DNA of 64,000 bases from Chloroflexota bacterium (GTDB taxonomy: Bacteria; Chloroflexota; Anaerolineae; UBA2200), in assembly GCA_030607875.1 (NCBI GenBank), contig JAUWJD010000015.1, positions 731 to 64,730 on the forward strand, given 5' to 3'. The position numbers and the translations under genes are program-made. The notes beneath the pieces are model-generated. The model was not told the DNA's origin. It saw nothing but the letters and a program-made list of their open reading frames with translations, and did not search any database. This document shows, piece by piece, positions 55,660 to 63,873 of this stretch; position 1 is the stretch's first letter, and the number at the start of each line of letters is the position of its first letter.

Positions 55660-56553
55660 ATGAAACGCGGTACCACACGCAAACAATCGACATCAGAGGC
55701 TCTGGTCCTGGACCGCAGGATGATCACTCGCCACCAGCGGCTGGAGTTGGACCGCATCAAATGTGTGGGATGCGAGTTGTGCGTTGCCGTTTGTCCTCCC
55801 GAGGCCATCGAGTTCGTTCCTGGCGCAGTGGAGGAAGGACAGCTCGTGCAGCGCCCCACGGTGGACATCGATGCACGGAAATGCCACTTTTGCGGGGAGT
55901 GTGTAATCATCTGCCCGGTCAATGCCTTGAGCATAATCATCGATGGCGAGGAGCGCATCCTAGTTTGGGAGTACGAGGTCTTTCCCATACTGACCAAGGA
56001 AATCACCTGGGACGCCTCCAAGCTGCCCAAGGACAAGGCAGACGCCGTGGTCAAGGCCTGTCCCACGGAGGTCATCACGGTGGAGGTGACGCGCACCAAG
56101 ACAGGCAAGGTGCGGAGGGTCAAAGACGTTCAAGTGGATGAGAGCGACTGCATCTATTGCAGACAGTGCGAGGCTACCAGCCCCGAAGCCTTCTCGGCGA
56201 CACACCCGTTCGAGGGCATCATCCGCCTGAACGCCAGCCTGTGCCCATCGGGCTGCCAGGCCTGCGCGGACATCTGCCCCACCGATGCGCTGCTCATGAG
56301 TGACGGGCAACTGGTCCTCGACGATCGCTTTTGCCTGTACTGCGGTGCTTGCACGCAGGTTTGCCCGGTGCCGGAGGCGCTGCTAGTGCGGCGGCATCGG
56401 ATACGTCACACACCGATCAAATCTGGAGCCTGGACCTATGCGGTGGAGAAGCTGGTTTCCATGGAACTGGCTGCGGAGGAGATGGAACTCAAGTCCCAGG
56501 CCAAACGCCGCAGCGTCCTCAACTATATGCCTGGGGTGAAGAAACAGGAATAG
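55660..56553 (+). CDS. Polyferredoxin (multiple 4Fe-4S dicluster domains)
   Basis: CVGCELCVAVCP, CHFCGECVIICP, CIYCRQCE, CPSGCQACADICP and CLYCGACTQVCP. GGAGGA precedes ATG 55660. The 5' 315 nt of the track ORF overlap the previous gene out of frame. Confidence 0.8.
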   Translation: MKRGTTRKQSTSEALVLDRRMITRHQRLELDRIKCVGCELCVAVCPPEAIEFVPGAVEEGQLVQRPTVDIDARKCHFCGECVIICPVNALSIIIDGEERILVWEYEVFPILTKEITWDASKLPKDKADAVVKACPTEVITVEVTRTKTGKVRRVKDVQVDESDCIYCRQCEATSPEAFSATHPFEGIIRLNASLCPSGCQACADICPTDALLMSDGQLVLDDRFCLYCGACTQVCPVPEALLVRRHRIRHTPIKSGAWTYAVEKLVSMELAAEEMELKSQAKRRSVLNYMPGVKKQE

Positions 56554-56587
56554 CCGATAGGCCGAAGAGCTTTGCCACCCATGCACA

Positions 56588-56625
56588 AGAGCCACCAGGG
56601 AAATCCCCTCTGGTGGCTCTTTGCT
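56588..56625 (+). terminator. Hairpin terminator closing the redox operon (convergent with the GT-C gene)
   Basis: AGAGCCACCAG (56588-56598), loop of 11 nt, CTGGTGGCTCT (56610-56620), then ttgct. Confidence 0.6.
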
Positions 56626-56868
56626 GACCTGGCGGTAGGTCTGTGCTCCCCTAACGTGGGAAGGGGACTGGGCCACTCTGCGATCTGGGCAGACGCACTC
56701 TTGCATCCGGAGGCCAACGTATCCTGTTATCAGGCAAGTTCGAACGTTCTGGGGCAACAGGGCTCTGAGCTTTGCCCACACCAAGTTTTCGAGCGCGCCC
56801 AGGGACACTGGCTCGATGGATCGGCCAGCCAGAGAGCCAGCTAGCGTCTCGGAGATCCGGACGTTGCT

Positions 56869-58665
56869 TCAGGAGGGTTTGCTTACCGCGGAATGGAAGT
56901 GTACCCCGATGGTTCTGCTCCTGAGAACGAGCCAACCGCTAATCCCGGCGCATGATTCCGCAGCGCCTGCACAGGAGGCGCCTCTTTGCTTCCCACCACG
57001 CCAACTTGTCTCAAAACAGCATCGGGGGTTGCGGTACATAGTACACCAGCCTGTACTGCGCACCGGTTCCATGTGTTGCTGCACATACGTCTCGAGCAAT
57101 ACTGGAGCAAAGCTGTGTGAACCCAGAGGGCTTAGACAGACCCAGCAAAACTCACCCCTCTCAAGAGCCTCAATGCCCTCGGCTTGCCCGTGGAGGCCAA
57201 ACGCTGTCGACAGGGGGAAATCGAAAGGCGTGGGGTTCCTTAGCCCTGTAACGTGATAGTAGAAGGCAGCGGGCGGACTCAAGATGAATACCTCTTGGCT
57301 AGCAGCGCTTGCTTTCAGCATCTCTGCCTGAGTCTCCGCGTCCTCAATGAAGTCAGATAGCAGAAAGACTCCGTGGAAGCCCGGCCAGGGAGCGAACTGG
57401 TACTTACCAGACCGGATACCATATGCCATCCATCTCACGGAGCCAACGACTTCATAGGCCAGCCGAACCCCTAACCCCAGCAGAATGGCCATGCGCGCCA
57501 GAGGAATCCAGAACGTGTTCACGCTGAAGTCGATGTTGGGATAGGCCCATACGAATCCAAGCAGGAGGGCCGGCACTGCGCAAATCATATGAGCGGTGTC
57601 CACACGCGGGAACACGCCAGCGAAGGCCGCGGCAACGAAGACAAGCACGATGGTCGCCAATCCGCGTTTGTCAGAGCTCGCCCGCACCCATGACCATAGC
57701 AGCGCCGCAAATGCCGGAATGGGGAGTATGAACTGCAGTTGTCGGTAAAGAGCGCCGAGTTTCCTCAGGGAAACCGCATCGCGTGTGAGGCTCACAAATG
57801 CCCCCAGCTGAGTTCGGTACCCTATCTGTGCATACCGCATGTAGCTACCTTGATCGAAGAACCCATAGTCGAGTAACTTGACACCTGCCCCACTCAGCCA
57901 AACTGGCAGCAGAATCACGCCAGCGGCAAGCGAAAATGCGGCCAGAACCAGCGCGAAAGCCCTTGACCTATGGGGCACACTCGCCCGTACGTCTCGACAT
58001 ACAACCACCACGGCCAGGCAGAGTGCTGCCAGTGTATAGAGTCCCAAGTTCTGCTTGCCTGCAAAACAGAACCCGGCACTGATGCCAGCGGCAACCAAGT
58101 CGCGCGTGGCGCTGCGCGCGGCGGCATGTCTTACCGCCCGCACGCTCTTCCTCCAGGACAGCACAGCACTGAAGCTTGCTAGCATGAAAACATAGCCCAT
58201 TGGCGTATAGGGCACGTTGTACCCCGGCATCCAGGACGGGTAATAGATGAGAAGTATCATCACCATCAAGACCGCCGAGAAGCGACTTTGGCCGAGCTGT
58301 AGGGCGATGCGATAGGATAACAAGCAGGTGGAGGCAAAACAGAGCGCCATGACCGCTTTGATGACCAGGATCTCGTTTCCGAACAAGGCAGCAAAGGCTG
58401 TGGTGATGTAGATCGAAAGCGGAGTGGCAACAAACCACACATCACGATAGAGGACATCGCCTGTGAGAAGCCGATGCACGACTTGGAGGAACCAGTTTTG
58501 GTCCCAGCTAATAGGACCGTGGCTGGAATTCGTGAAGAAACCGTAGGCAAATAGCAACAGGCCACCGACGAGACTGCCACCATACTTCTTTGTGGCCTTG
58601 GACCATCGCTTGGAAGAACTGACCCGTCCCTCCCCACGCAGACGCTCTTTCGCACACGCAGACAT
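56869..58665 (-). CDS. GT-C fold membrane glycosyltransferase (PMT_2/ArnT-like, GT39/GT83-type)
   Basis: About 12 TM helices; first loop ..WDQNWFLQVVHRLLTGDVLYRDVWFVATPL.. resembles PMT_2/ArnT-type proteins. Start chosen at ATG 58665 (MSACAKERL.., just before the first TM). The upstream 184 codons of the track ORF are Arg-rich and overlap other genes. Confidence 0.65.
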   Translation of the reverse strand: MSACAKERLRGEGRVSSSKRWSKATKKYGGSLVGGLLLFAYGFFTNSSHGPISWDQNWFLQVVHRLLTGDVLYRDVWFVATPLSIYITTAFAALFGNEILVIKAVMALCFASTCLLSYRIALQLGQSRFSAVLMVMILLIYYPSWMPGYNVPYTPMGYVFMLASFSAVLSWRKSVRAVRHAAARSATRDLVAAGISAGFCFAGKQNLGLYTLAALCLAVVVVCRDVRASVPHRSRAFALVLAAFSLAAGVILLPVWLSGAGVKLLDYGFFDQGSYMRYAQIGYRTQLGAFVSLTRDAVSLRKLGALYRQLQFILPIPAFAALLWSWVRASSDKRGLATIVLVFVAAAFAGVFPRVDTAHMICAVPALLLGFVWAYPNIDFSVNTFWIPLARMAILLGLGVRLAYEVVGSVRWMAYGIRSGKYQFAPWPGFHGVFLLSDFIEDAETQAEMLKASAASQEVFILSPPAAFYYHVTGLRNPTPFDFPLSTAFGLHGQAEGIEALERGEFCWVCLSPLGSHSFAPVLLETYVQQHMEPVRSTGWCTMYRNPRCCFETSWRGGKQRGASCAGAAESCAGISGWLVLRSRTIGVHFHSAVSKPS

Positions 58666-58967
58666 GCTCTGGCAAAGACGACGAACGCGTACAGCTCTCC
58701 TCTGCCTTATGGACAGGATACGACATGGTTCCGGCCAGGAGGGTGCAGAAGCCGCGAGTTGCCTCGAATGCGATGCACTTCCTGCACCAACAAGCAAGCG
58801 GCTTGGATACATGGTACCTCCGTGTGACGAACGCGGCACCCATCGAAGTCGGCGAACTCGAAGTGAGCATGAGTGTGCAGGCCGCCAGGGCAACTGGGCA
58901 AGCGCACACAACCCCAGTAACGCAGCTTCTTGTAAGCCGTGTTGCTCAGTCCCGCACAGCGCCCTGT

Positions 58968-59147
58968 CTAGAACAAGGCGTAGATGAATGGTCCGATGCC
59001 CGTCGCCTGGCCAAAAGCCATCAATAAACCAAAAGCGACCAGGATAAAGACCATGGGCATCAGCCACCAAAGCTTCCGCTTCCACAGAAACGAGAACATC
59101 TCTCCTACCACGCGAAAGCGGGAGAGGATGCCTCTTAAAGTTTTCAT
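58968..59147 (-). CDS. DUF5989 (SxtK-like) small membrane protein
   Basis: ..FLWKRKLWWLMPMVFILVAFGLLMAFGQATGIGPFIYALF* matches the DUF5989 pattern (..RKKFWL.P....L...G.L......aPFIYtLF). The ATG at 59147 overlaps the SGNH stop (ATGA). Confidence 0.75.
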   Translation of the reverse strand: MKTLRGILSRFRVVGEMFSFLWKRKLWWLMPMVFILVAFGLLMAFGQATGIGPFIYALF

Positions 59148-60310
59148 TTGCCAACTCCGTTCCAATACGTGAGCGTGTAGCTGCGGTCTTGTCGCGACGT
59201 CTCTGCAAGCGGTTCAAACGTGGCCAGAAACGCGCTGATTGCTGCTGCAGCTACGTGGTGTCCTCTTGCGTTAGGATGATCGGCGTCGAGAAAGAGAGTG
59301 CGCTGCTCCTGCGCCATCGCCTCTTGGAAAGCCGGCAACAGATCCAGGTAAGCGATTCCTCGCTCGTGACAAAGCCGGACAATGATGTCTTGGTAGTTCC
59401 CCTGCGGGTTTTCTCCTAATGCGCGATCATAGTATCCAGGCTCGGAGGTTGGCTCAACCTGCAATCTCATGGGAAAAGCCGCCAGCGTCAGTGCACTCCC
59501 CAACCTCTGACTCTGTGTCACCAATCCATCCAGAAGAGTCTCCGTCTCATTCCAGCAGTTGGGGCCCTGGCAGGGCTGCAGGTTTCTGAGCCTGAACTCC
59601 AACGCCTGGTTGCGCACGAAACACAGAAGCGCGCTTTTCCTCGTGAGCCAGGTGAAAGCCTTGGCGGCCACTCCCATCCCCAAGGGCTGCTTGTGAACCG
59701 CTTCGTTGTTCCCATCTACGTCGTTGAAGAGAAAGGCAACCAGGATCAAGTCAGGATCGAAGGCTTTTCCCTTTTCCAGCAGATATTGCACTTCATGCCA
59801 CGTTGCGTAGCCCGGCACACCAGCATTCCACACTTCGAAGCGCGTGCCCGTGTCGAGCTGGTCGAGCCCTTGCTGCAACTGGTGCACGAGGCTGTCTCCC
59901 TCCTCGACCCCCCAGCCGAAAGCTACGGAATCACCCAGCACCAGAATGCGAACGGTGTCCGCTGGCTTCCCTGCGCTGGCTTCCGATCCACGCAAGCCCA
60001 GTGAATTGATGCGATAGGTGATGCGCTCCCAGGTATCCAGATAATCCGGGCTCAGATTGTGCCGGATAGCAGCTTCCCGGTCGAAGGTGAAGGTGGCGCC
60101 AGGCACCAGCTCGTACTGTCGCAGGGAATGGGAACGAACCTTGGTCTCCGCACCCTCAGCCTGAGCCGTCGGGTTCAGACAAGGCCGCTGCCCGCCCAGA
60201 CGCGCCATCCCTTCGAGCGCCCCCAGGAAGAAGACAGTGCTGGCGAAAGCAAGCAGCAGGTTCAGGGCCAGGTCTCTCCAGTTGCTGGGAGCGGCTTCGC
60301 CCCGTGTCAT
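59144..60310 (-). CDS. SGNH/GDSL-type hydrolase/acyltransferase-like protein with N-terminal TM anchor
   Basis: Block I ILVLGDSVAFGWG, then WNAGVPGYAT, and a C-terminal DADHPNARGH (block V D..H). ATGA overlap with the carbamoyltransferase stop. Confidence 0.78.
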   Translation of the reverse strand: MTRGEAAPSNWRDLALNLLLAFASTVFFLGALEGMARLGGQRPCLNPTAQAEGAETKVRSHSLRQYELVPGATFTFDREAAIRHNLSPDYLDTWERITYRINSLGLRGSEASAGKPADTVRILVLGDSVAFGWGVEEGDSLVHQLQQGLDQLDTGTRFEVWNAGVPGYATWHEVQYLLEKGKAFDPDLILVAFLFNDVDGNNEAVHKQPLGMGVAAKAFTWLTRKSALLCFVRNQALEFRLRNLQPCQGPNCWNETETLLDGLVTQSQRLGSALTLAAFPMRLQVEPTSEPGYYDRALGENPQGNYQDIIVRLCHERGIAYLDLLPAFQEAMAQEQRTLFLDADHPNARGHHVAAAAISAFLATFEPLAETSRQDRSYTLTYWNGVGK

Positions 60311-62091
60311 CCCCTGTCCTTCTCTACCAAGTACTGCCCGTAGACCACGGCATCCATCCCGCTGTGGGAATAGGTATGGAAAGCATCAGCCGGCGAGTTT
60401 ACGATGGGTTCACCGCGCAGATTGTAGGACGTGTTCAGCAGGACTGGCACGCCGGTTGCCTCACCGAACCTGCGAATGATCTCGTAGTAGCGCGGATTCC
60501 ACTCGCGCCGTATGGTCTCTAGCCGTGCTGTCCCACCGACGTGCGTGACCGCTGGAATGACGTCCCATTTGTCCTCGTGAACCGGCGTGACCACCAACAT
60601 GTAGCGAGCAGGGTAGCACTGCTCTGGATTCTCAAGCTCGAAGAACTCTTGTGTCCTCTCCTCCAGCACCACTGGCGCGAAGGGGCGGAAGGGTTCTCGG
60701 AACTTGATCTTGCGGTTCACGATGTCTTTCATCTCTTCACGACGGGGGTCGGCCAGGATGCTGCGGTTGCCCAAGGCACGAGGGCCCCACTCGAAACGTC
60801 CCTGGTACCAGCCAACTACTTTGCCTTGCAACAGCAGGTCCGTAACACGATCCATGAGTTGGTCGTCGTTTTTGAAGTACTGGTAGCGGATGCCATTGGC
60901 ATCGAGAAAAGCCTGCACCTGTTCTTCGCTATACTCCTGACCCCAGTAGGCATGTTCAAGCACAAAGCGACGCGGCTGCTGCAGCAAGGTATGGTACACA
61001 TGCAGCGCTGCGCCCAATGCGCATCCCGAGTCACCAGCCGCCGGCTGGATGAACAGGTTCTTGAACGGTGTCTCGCGCAGGATTCTGCCGTTGGCGACGC
61101 TGTTGAGGGCTACGCCCCCCGCCATGCACAACGTATCTAAACCTGTTTGATTGTAAGCCTCATTGGCCAGCTTGAGCAAGACGTCTTCCGTCACAGCCTG
61201 AATACTGGCCGCAACGTCTGCATAGTATTGATTCTGATCCGCCTCTGCCTCGCAGCCAGGCTTGAAGCCGTATTCGCGGGTGAAGAACTCGGACTTGTTA
61301 TCGCGCTTCTGGCCAAAAAGCTCCGCGAACTTAAGGTTGTAGGTACGTTCTGTAGATTGGTGGAACGCGAAATAGTCCATGTTGAGGCGAAAGCTGCCGT
61401 CATCGGCGACGTCCACCACTCTTCTGATCCGGTCAACGTAGCGTGGCTGTCCATACGGAGCCATGCCCATCACCTTGTACTCGCCGTTGTTCACTCTGAA
61501 ACCCAGGAAGGCGGTAAAGGCCGAATACAGCAGCCCGAGTGAGTTCGGAAAGCGAATCTCTCGCGACAGCACGATTTCATTTCTTTGCTGCGCGTCCCAC
61601 GCAGCTTTGCCACGCCCAATTGCCGCTGTGGTCCACTCCCCCCCGCCATCTATGGTCAGGATAGCCGCTTCCTTGAACGGAGAGCTGTACAGCGCGCTGG
61701 CCGCATGGGACATGTGGTGGTCGGCAAAGAGCACTTTGGCCTCTGCGACGTCGAGCTCTCTCACGATGTGGCTCTTGATCCACAGCTTCTCTGAAAACCA
61801 ATTGAGCATGGCCTCTCGGAACACACGCCAGGACTTGGGGTACGTGCTGAGCGTAGTCATCAGGATGCGCTCGAATTTGATCAAGGGCTTTTCGTAAAAG
61901 ACTACATAGTCCAGATCTTGGCCTGTGATGCCCGCCTGTCGCAGGCAAAACTGAATGGCCCGCGTAGGAAATCCAAAGTCATGCTTCTTGCGGGAAAAAC
62001 GCTCCTCCTCTGCAGCGGCGACCAACTGGCCGTCTTTGAGCAGCGCCACAGCAGAGTCGTGATAGAAGCAAGAGATGCCAAGTATGTACAT
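60307..62091 (-). CDS. NodU/CmcH-family carbamoyltransferase
   Basis: MYILGISCFYHDSAVALLKDG..EERFSRKKHD, HHMSHAASA, and a C-terminal YrdC/Kae1-like part with NTSYNLRGEPIV; 594 aa. Confidence 0.92.
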   Translation of the reverse strand: MYILGISCFYHDSAVALLKDGQLVAAAEEERFSRKKHDFGFPTRAIQFCLRQAGITGQDLDYVVFYEKPLIKFERILMTTLSTYPKSWRVFREAMLNWFSEKLWIKSHIVRELDVAEAKVLFADHHMSHAASALYSSPFKEAAILTIDGGGEWTTAAIGRGKAAWDAQQRNEIVLSREIRFPNSLGLLYSAFTAFLGFRVNNGEYKVMGMAPYGQPRYVDRIRRVVDVADDGSFRLNMDYFAFHQSTERTYNLKFAELFGQKRDNKSEFFTREYGFKPGCEAEADQNQYYADVAASIQAVTEDVLLKLANEAYNQTGLDTLCMAGGVALNSVANGRILRETPFKNLFIQPAAGDSGCALGAALHVYHTLLQQPRRFVLEHAYWGQEYSEEQVQAFLDANGIRYQYFKNDDQLMDRVTDLLLQGKVVGWYQGRFEWGPRALGNRSILADPRREEMKDIVNRKIKFREPFRPFAPVVLEERTQEFFELENPEQCYPARYMLVVTPVHEDKWDVIPAVTHVGGTARLETIRREWNPRYYEIIRRFGEATGVPVLLNTSYNLRGEPIVNSPADAFHTYSHSGMDAVVYGQYLVEKDRG

Positions 62092-62318
62092 CAGAACTGC
62101 CTCCTCGCTTCCTCAAGCGTAGGCTCTGGCAATATCTTGAGTTGCCAGAACGTAGTTCCGTTGTGACGCTTGAGTTGCAGCGGATCGGATAACAACCGCA
62201 CACCCAGCCCAAACGGCGTCACAATCAGAAAATAGAAGAGCGAGAAAACGATTCGAGCCCAGACATTGCCAATCCGGGTGATGATGACTTTCCACTTGGA
62301 CCAGAGCTGCTTGAACAA
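62091..62318 (-). CDS. Short SxtJ-like membrane protein (matches the C-terminal half of the SxtJ family)
   Basis: ..ARIVFSLFYFLIVTPFGLGVRLLSDPLQLKR....FWQ......TLEEARRQF* follows the SxtJ tail pattern (..FF.vvTP.gl..R..gkDPL.l......syW......p....m.nQF). TTG start with GGAGG 6 nt upstream. Its stop overlaps the carbamoyltransferase ATG (TGATG-type, 1 nt). Confidence 0.65.
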   Translation of the reverse strand: MFKQLWSKWKVIITRIGNVWARIVFSLFYFLIVTPFGLGVRLLSDPLQLKRHNGTTFWQLKILPEPTLEEARRQF

Positions 62319-62688
62319 CGTCCACCTCCCAGTATGTGATCGCAGGAACTATGCAGCACAAAGGTGAAAACAGGATGAAAAGGGATTGAGAGCATGGAGA
62401 CCATCCCCAAACGCCGGGCAGCGTCTGCCCGTTCAGGCACTAGCGACCCGGGACGCTCTGCACTGAGCAATCCATACGACTTGGCGATAGTGTGTGCCTG
62501 ACACTCACAGCGCAGAGCCGAACGCTCTCCACTTCCCAAACCGATCGCCATTCAAACAGGCAGATTGTGATACAGCCTGCCCCCGTCACTCCCCATATCC
62601 GAGCCGGATTGTACAGCAACAGCAGGCCAATCGCCAAACGTCGATTGGCGCGTTCCTGTTCTGGTACGCGCTGGTGCTGGTGCTGTGC

Positions 62689-62717
62689 TTGACTCTCAGT
62701 CCATGTTGTGATACAAT
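62689..62717 (+). promoter_or_regulatory. Promoter (TTGACT-17-TGaTACAAT) driving the TPP riboswitch transcript
   Basis: TTGACT at 62689-62694 and TACAAT at 62712-62717, with TG at -15/-14. Confidence 0.55.
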
Positions 62718-62740
62718 GTCAACGTAATCAAATACGACAG

Positions 62741-62835
62741 TTGCTAGGGGAGCCCCATAAGGCGGGCTGAGAGGGTGGCCGGGAAGCCATCGACTCCTTG
62801 AACCTGACCTAGGTAATGCTAGCGCAGGGAAGCAA
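62741..62835 (+). promoter_or_regulatory. TPP (THI-box) riboswitch aptamer
   Basis: UUGC-UAGGGGAGCC..GGCUGAGAGG..GGC-CGGGAA-GCC..ACUCCUUGAACCUGACCUAGGUAAUGCUAGCGCAGGGAA-GCAA. It contains the invariant CUGAGA and ACCUGA..GGUAAUGC..GCG.AGGGA blocks and a closing P1 (UUGC/GCAA). Confidence 0.9.
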
Positions 62836-62852
62836 TCCTTGTATCCAAGAGC

Positions 62853-62881
62853 CGCCGGCCTTTATCTGGGTCGGCGCTTTT
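62853..62881 (+). terminator. Intrinsic terminator forming the riboswitch expression platform
   Basis: CGCCGGCC (62853-62860), loop tttatctg, GGTCGGCG (62869-62876, one G-U pair), then cTTTTgtg. Confidence 0.7.
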
Positions 62882-62905
62882 GTGCTGTAGGGGATAGAAG
62901 AGGGA

Positions 62906-63601
62906 ATGTCAACATCGCCAAGACCCCCATCAGAGCATGCCTTCAATGCTGTGGCCTCGCTCTACGATTGGTGGTTCGAAACCCCGCTGGGTCATACCAC
63001 CGATGAATTGGAAAAAGATCTGCTCTACCACCTGGCCAGGCTGCGCCACGGGGAACGCGGGCTGGACGTGGGCACCGGCAGCGGCCACTTTGCCGTTGAT
63101 CTGGCGGCACATGGGCTCACCGTGGTAGGCGTGGACCTGTCGGCCCCCATGCTGGCCGTGGCGCAGAGCAAAGTCTCTGCGGTGCACTTGGTTCGAGGAG
63201 ATGCAGCCACATTGCCGCTGGCCGCCGGTGCGTTCGACCTGGTGCTTTCGGTGACGACGTTGGAGTTTGTGGCTCACCCAGAGCAAGCCATCGACGAGAT
63301 GTGGCGCGCGGTGCGCCCAGGCGGGCGGCTGGTAGTCGGAGTGCTCAATGCACTCAGCCCCTGGGCCTGGGCACGACGACGCGAGAGCAGGAAACAAGAG
63401 ACGCCGTTCTCCCATGCGCACTTTTTCTATCCTTGGCAGTTCGTCGGGCTGTTGCGCCAGTTAGGGCCAGTCCAGTGGAGCAGCTCGGTCTTTATCGGGC
63501 CGAACGGCAGGGGGCTGCGCTGGGCCTGGGGACTTGAGCGGCTCGGGCGCGCCCTGTTCAGACCATTCGGTGCATTGTTGGTAGGGAGGGTAACGAAATG
63601 A
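62906..63601 (+). CDS. Class I SAM-dependent methyltransferase (Methyltransf_11-like)
   Basis: Motif I LDVGTGSGHFAVDLA, acidic loop VVGVDLSAPML, and post-I/II motifs DLVLSVTTLEFV and LRPGGRLVV-type (VRPGGRLVVGV). Confidence 0.85.
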   Translation: MSTSPRPPSEHAFNAVASLYDWWFETPLGHTTDELEKDLLYHLARLRHGERGLDVGTGSGHFAVDLAAHGLTVVGVDLSAPMLAVAQSKVSAVHLVRGDAATLPLAAGAFDLVLSVTTLEFVAHPEQAIDEMWRAVRPGGRLVVGVLNALSPWAWARRRESRKQETPFSHAHFFYPWQFVGLLRQLGPVQWSSSVFIGPNGRGLRWAWGLERLGRALFRPFGALLVGRVTK

Positions 63602-63873
63602 CAGTGAGCGCCCAGGTGAGCATCTACCCACTCGGTCAAAGTGACCTCGCGCCCGCCATCGAGGCAGCTTGGAAGGCATTTGAGGCTCGTGGGCTTGCCT
63701 ACCGGCCTGGATCGATGAGCACGCTGCTGGAAGGGGAGGAAGCGGTGGTATTTGCCGCACTGCGCGACGCCTTCCGGGCAGCCAGTGAGCATGGGGGCAC
63801 GGTGATGGTGGTCACCGTATCCAACGCCTGCCCGCCAATGCCACCACGGAAGCCGGAGGTGGGCCATGCCTGA
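63598..63873 (+). CDS. MTH1187/YkoF-family (DUF77) thiamine-binding-like protein, single domain
   Basis: VSAQVSIYPLGQSDLAPAIEAAWKAFEARGLAYRPGSMSTLLEGE.. fits the YkoF/MTH1187 ferredoxin-like repeat. ATGA overlap with the methyltransferase. Confidence 0.7.
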   Translation: MTVSAQVSIYPLGQSDLAPAIEAAWKAFEARGLAYRPGSMSTLLEGEEAVVFAALRDAFRAASEHGGTVMVVTVSNACPPMPPRKPEVGHA

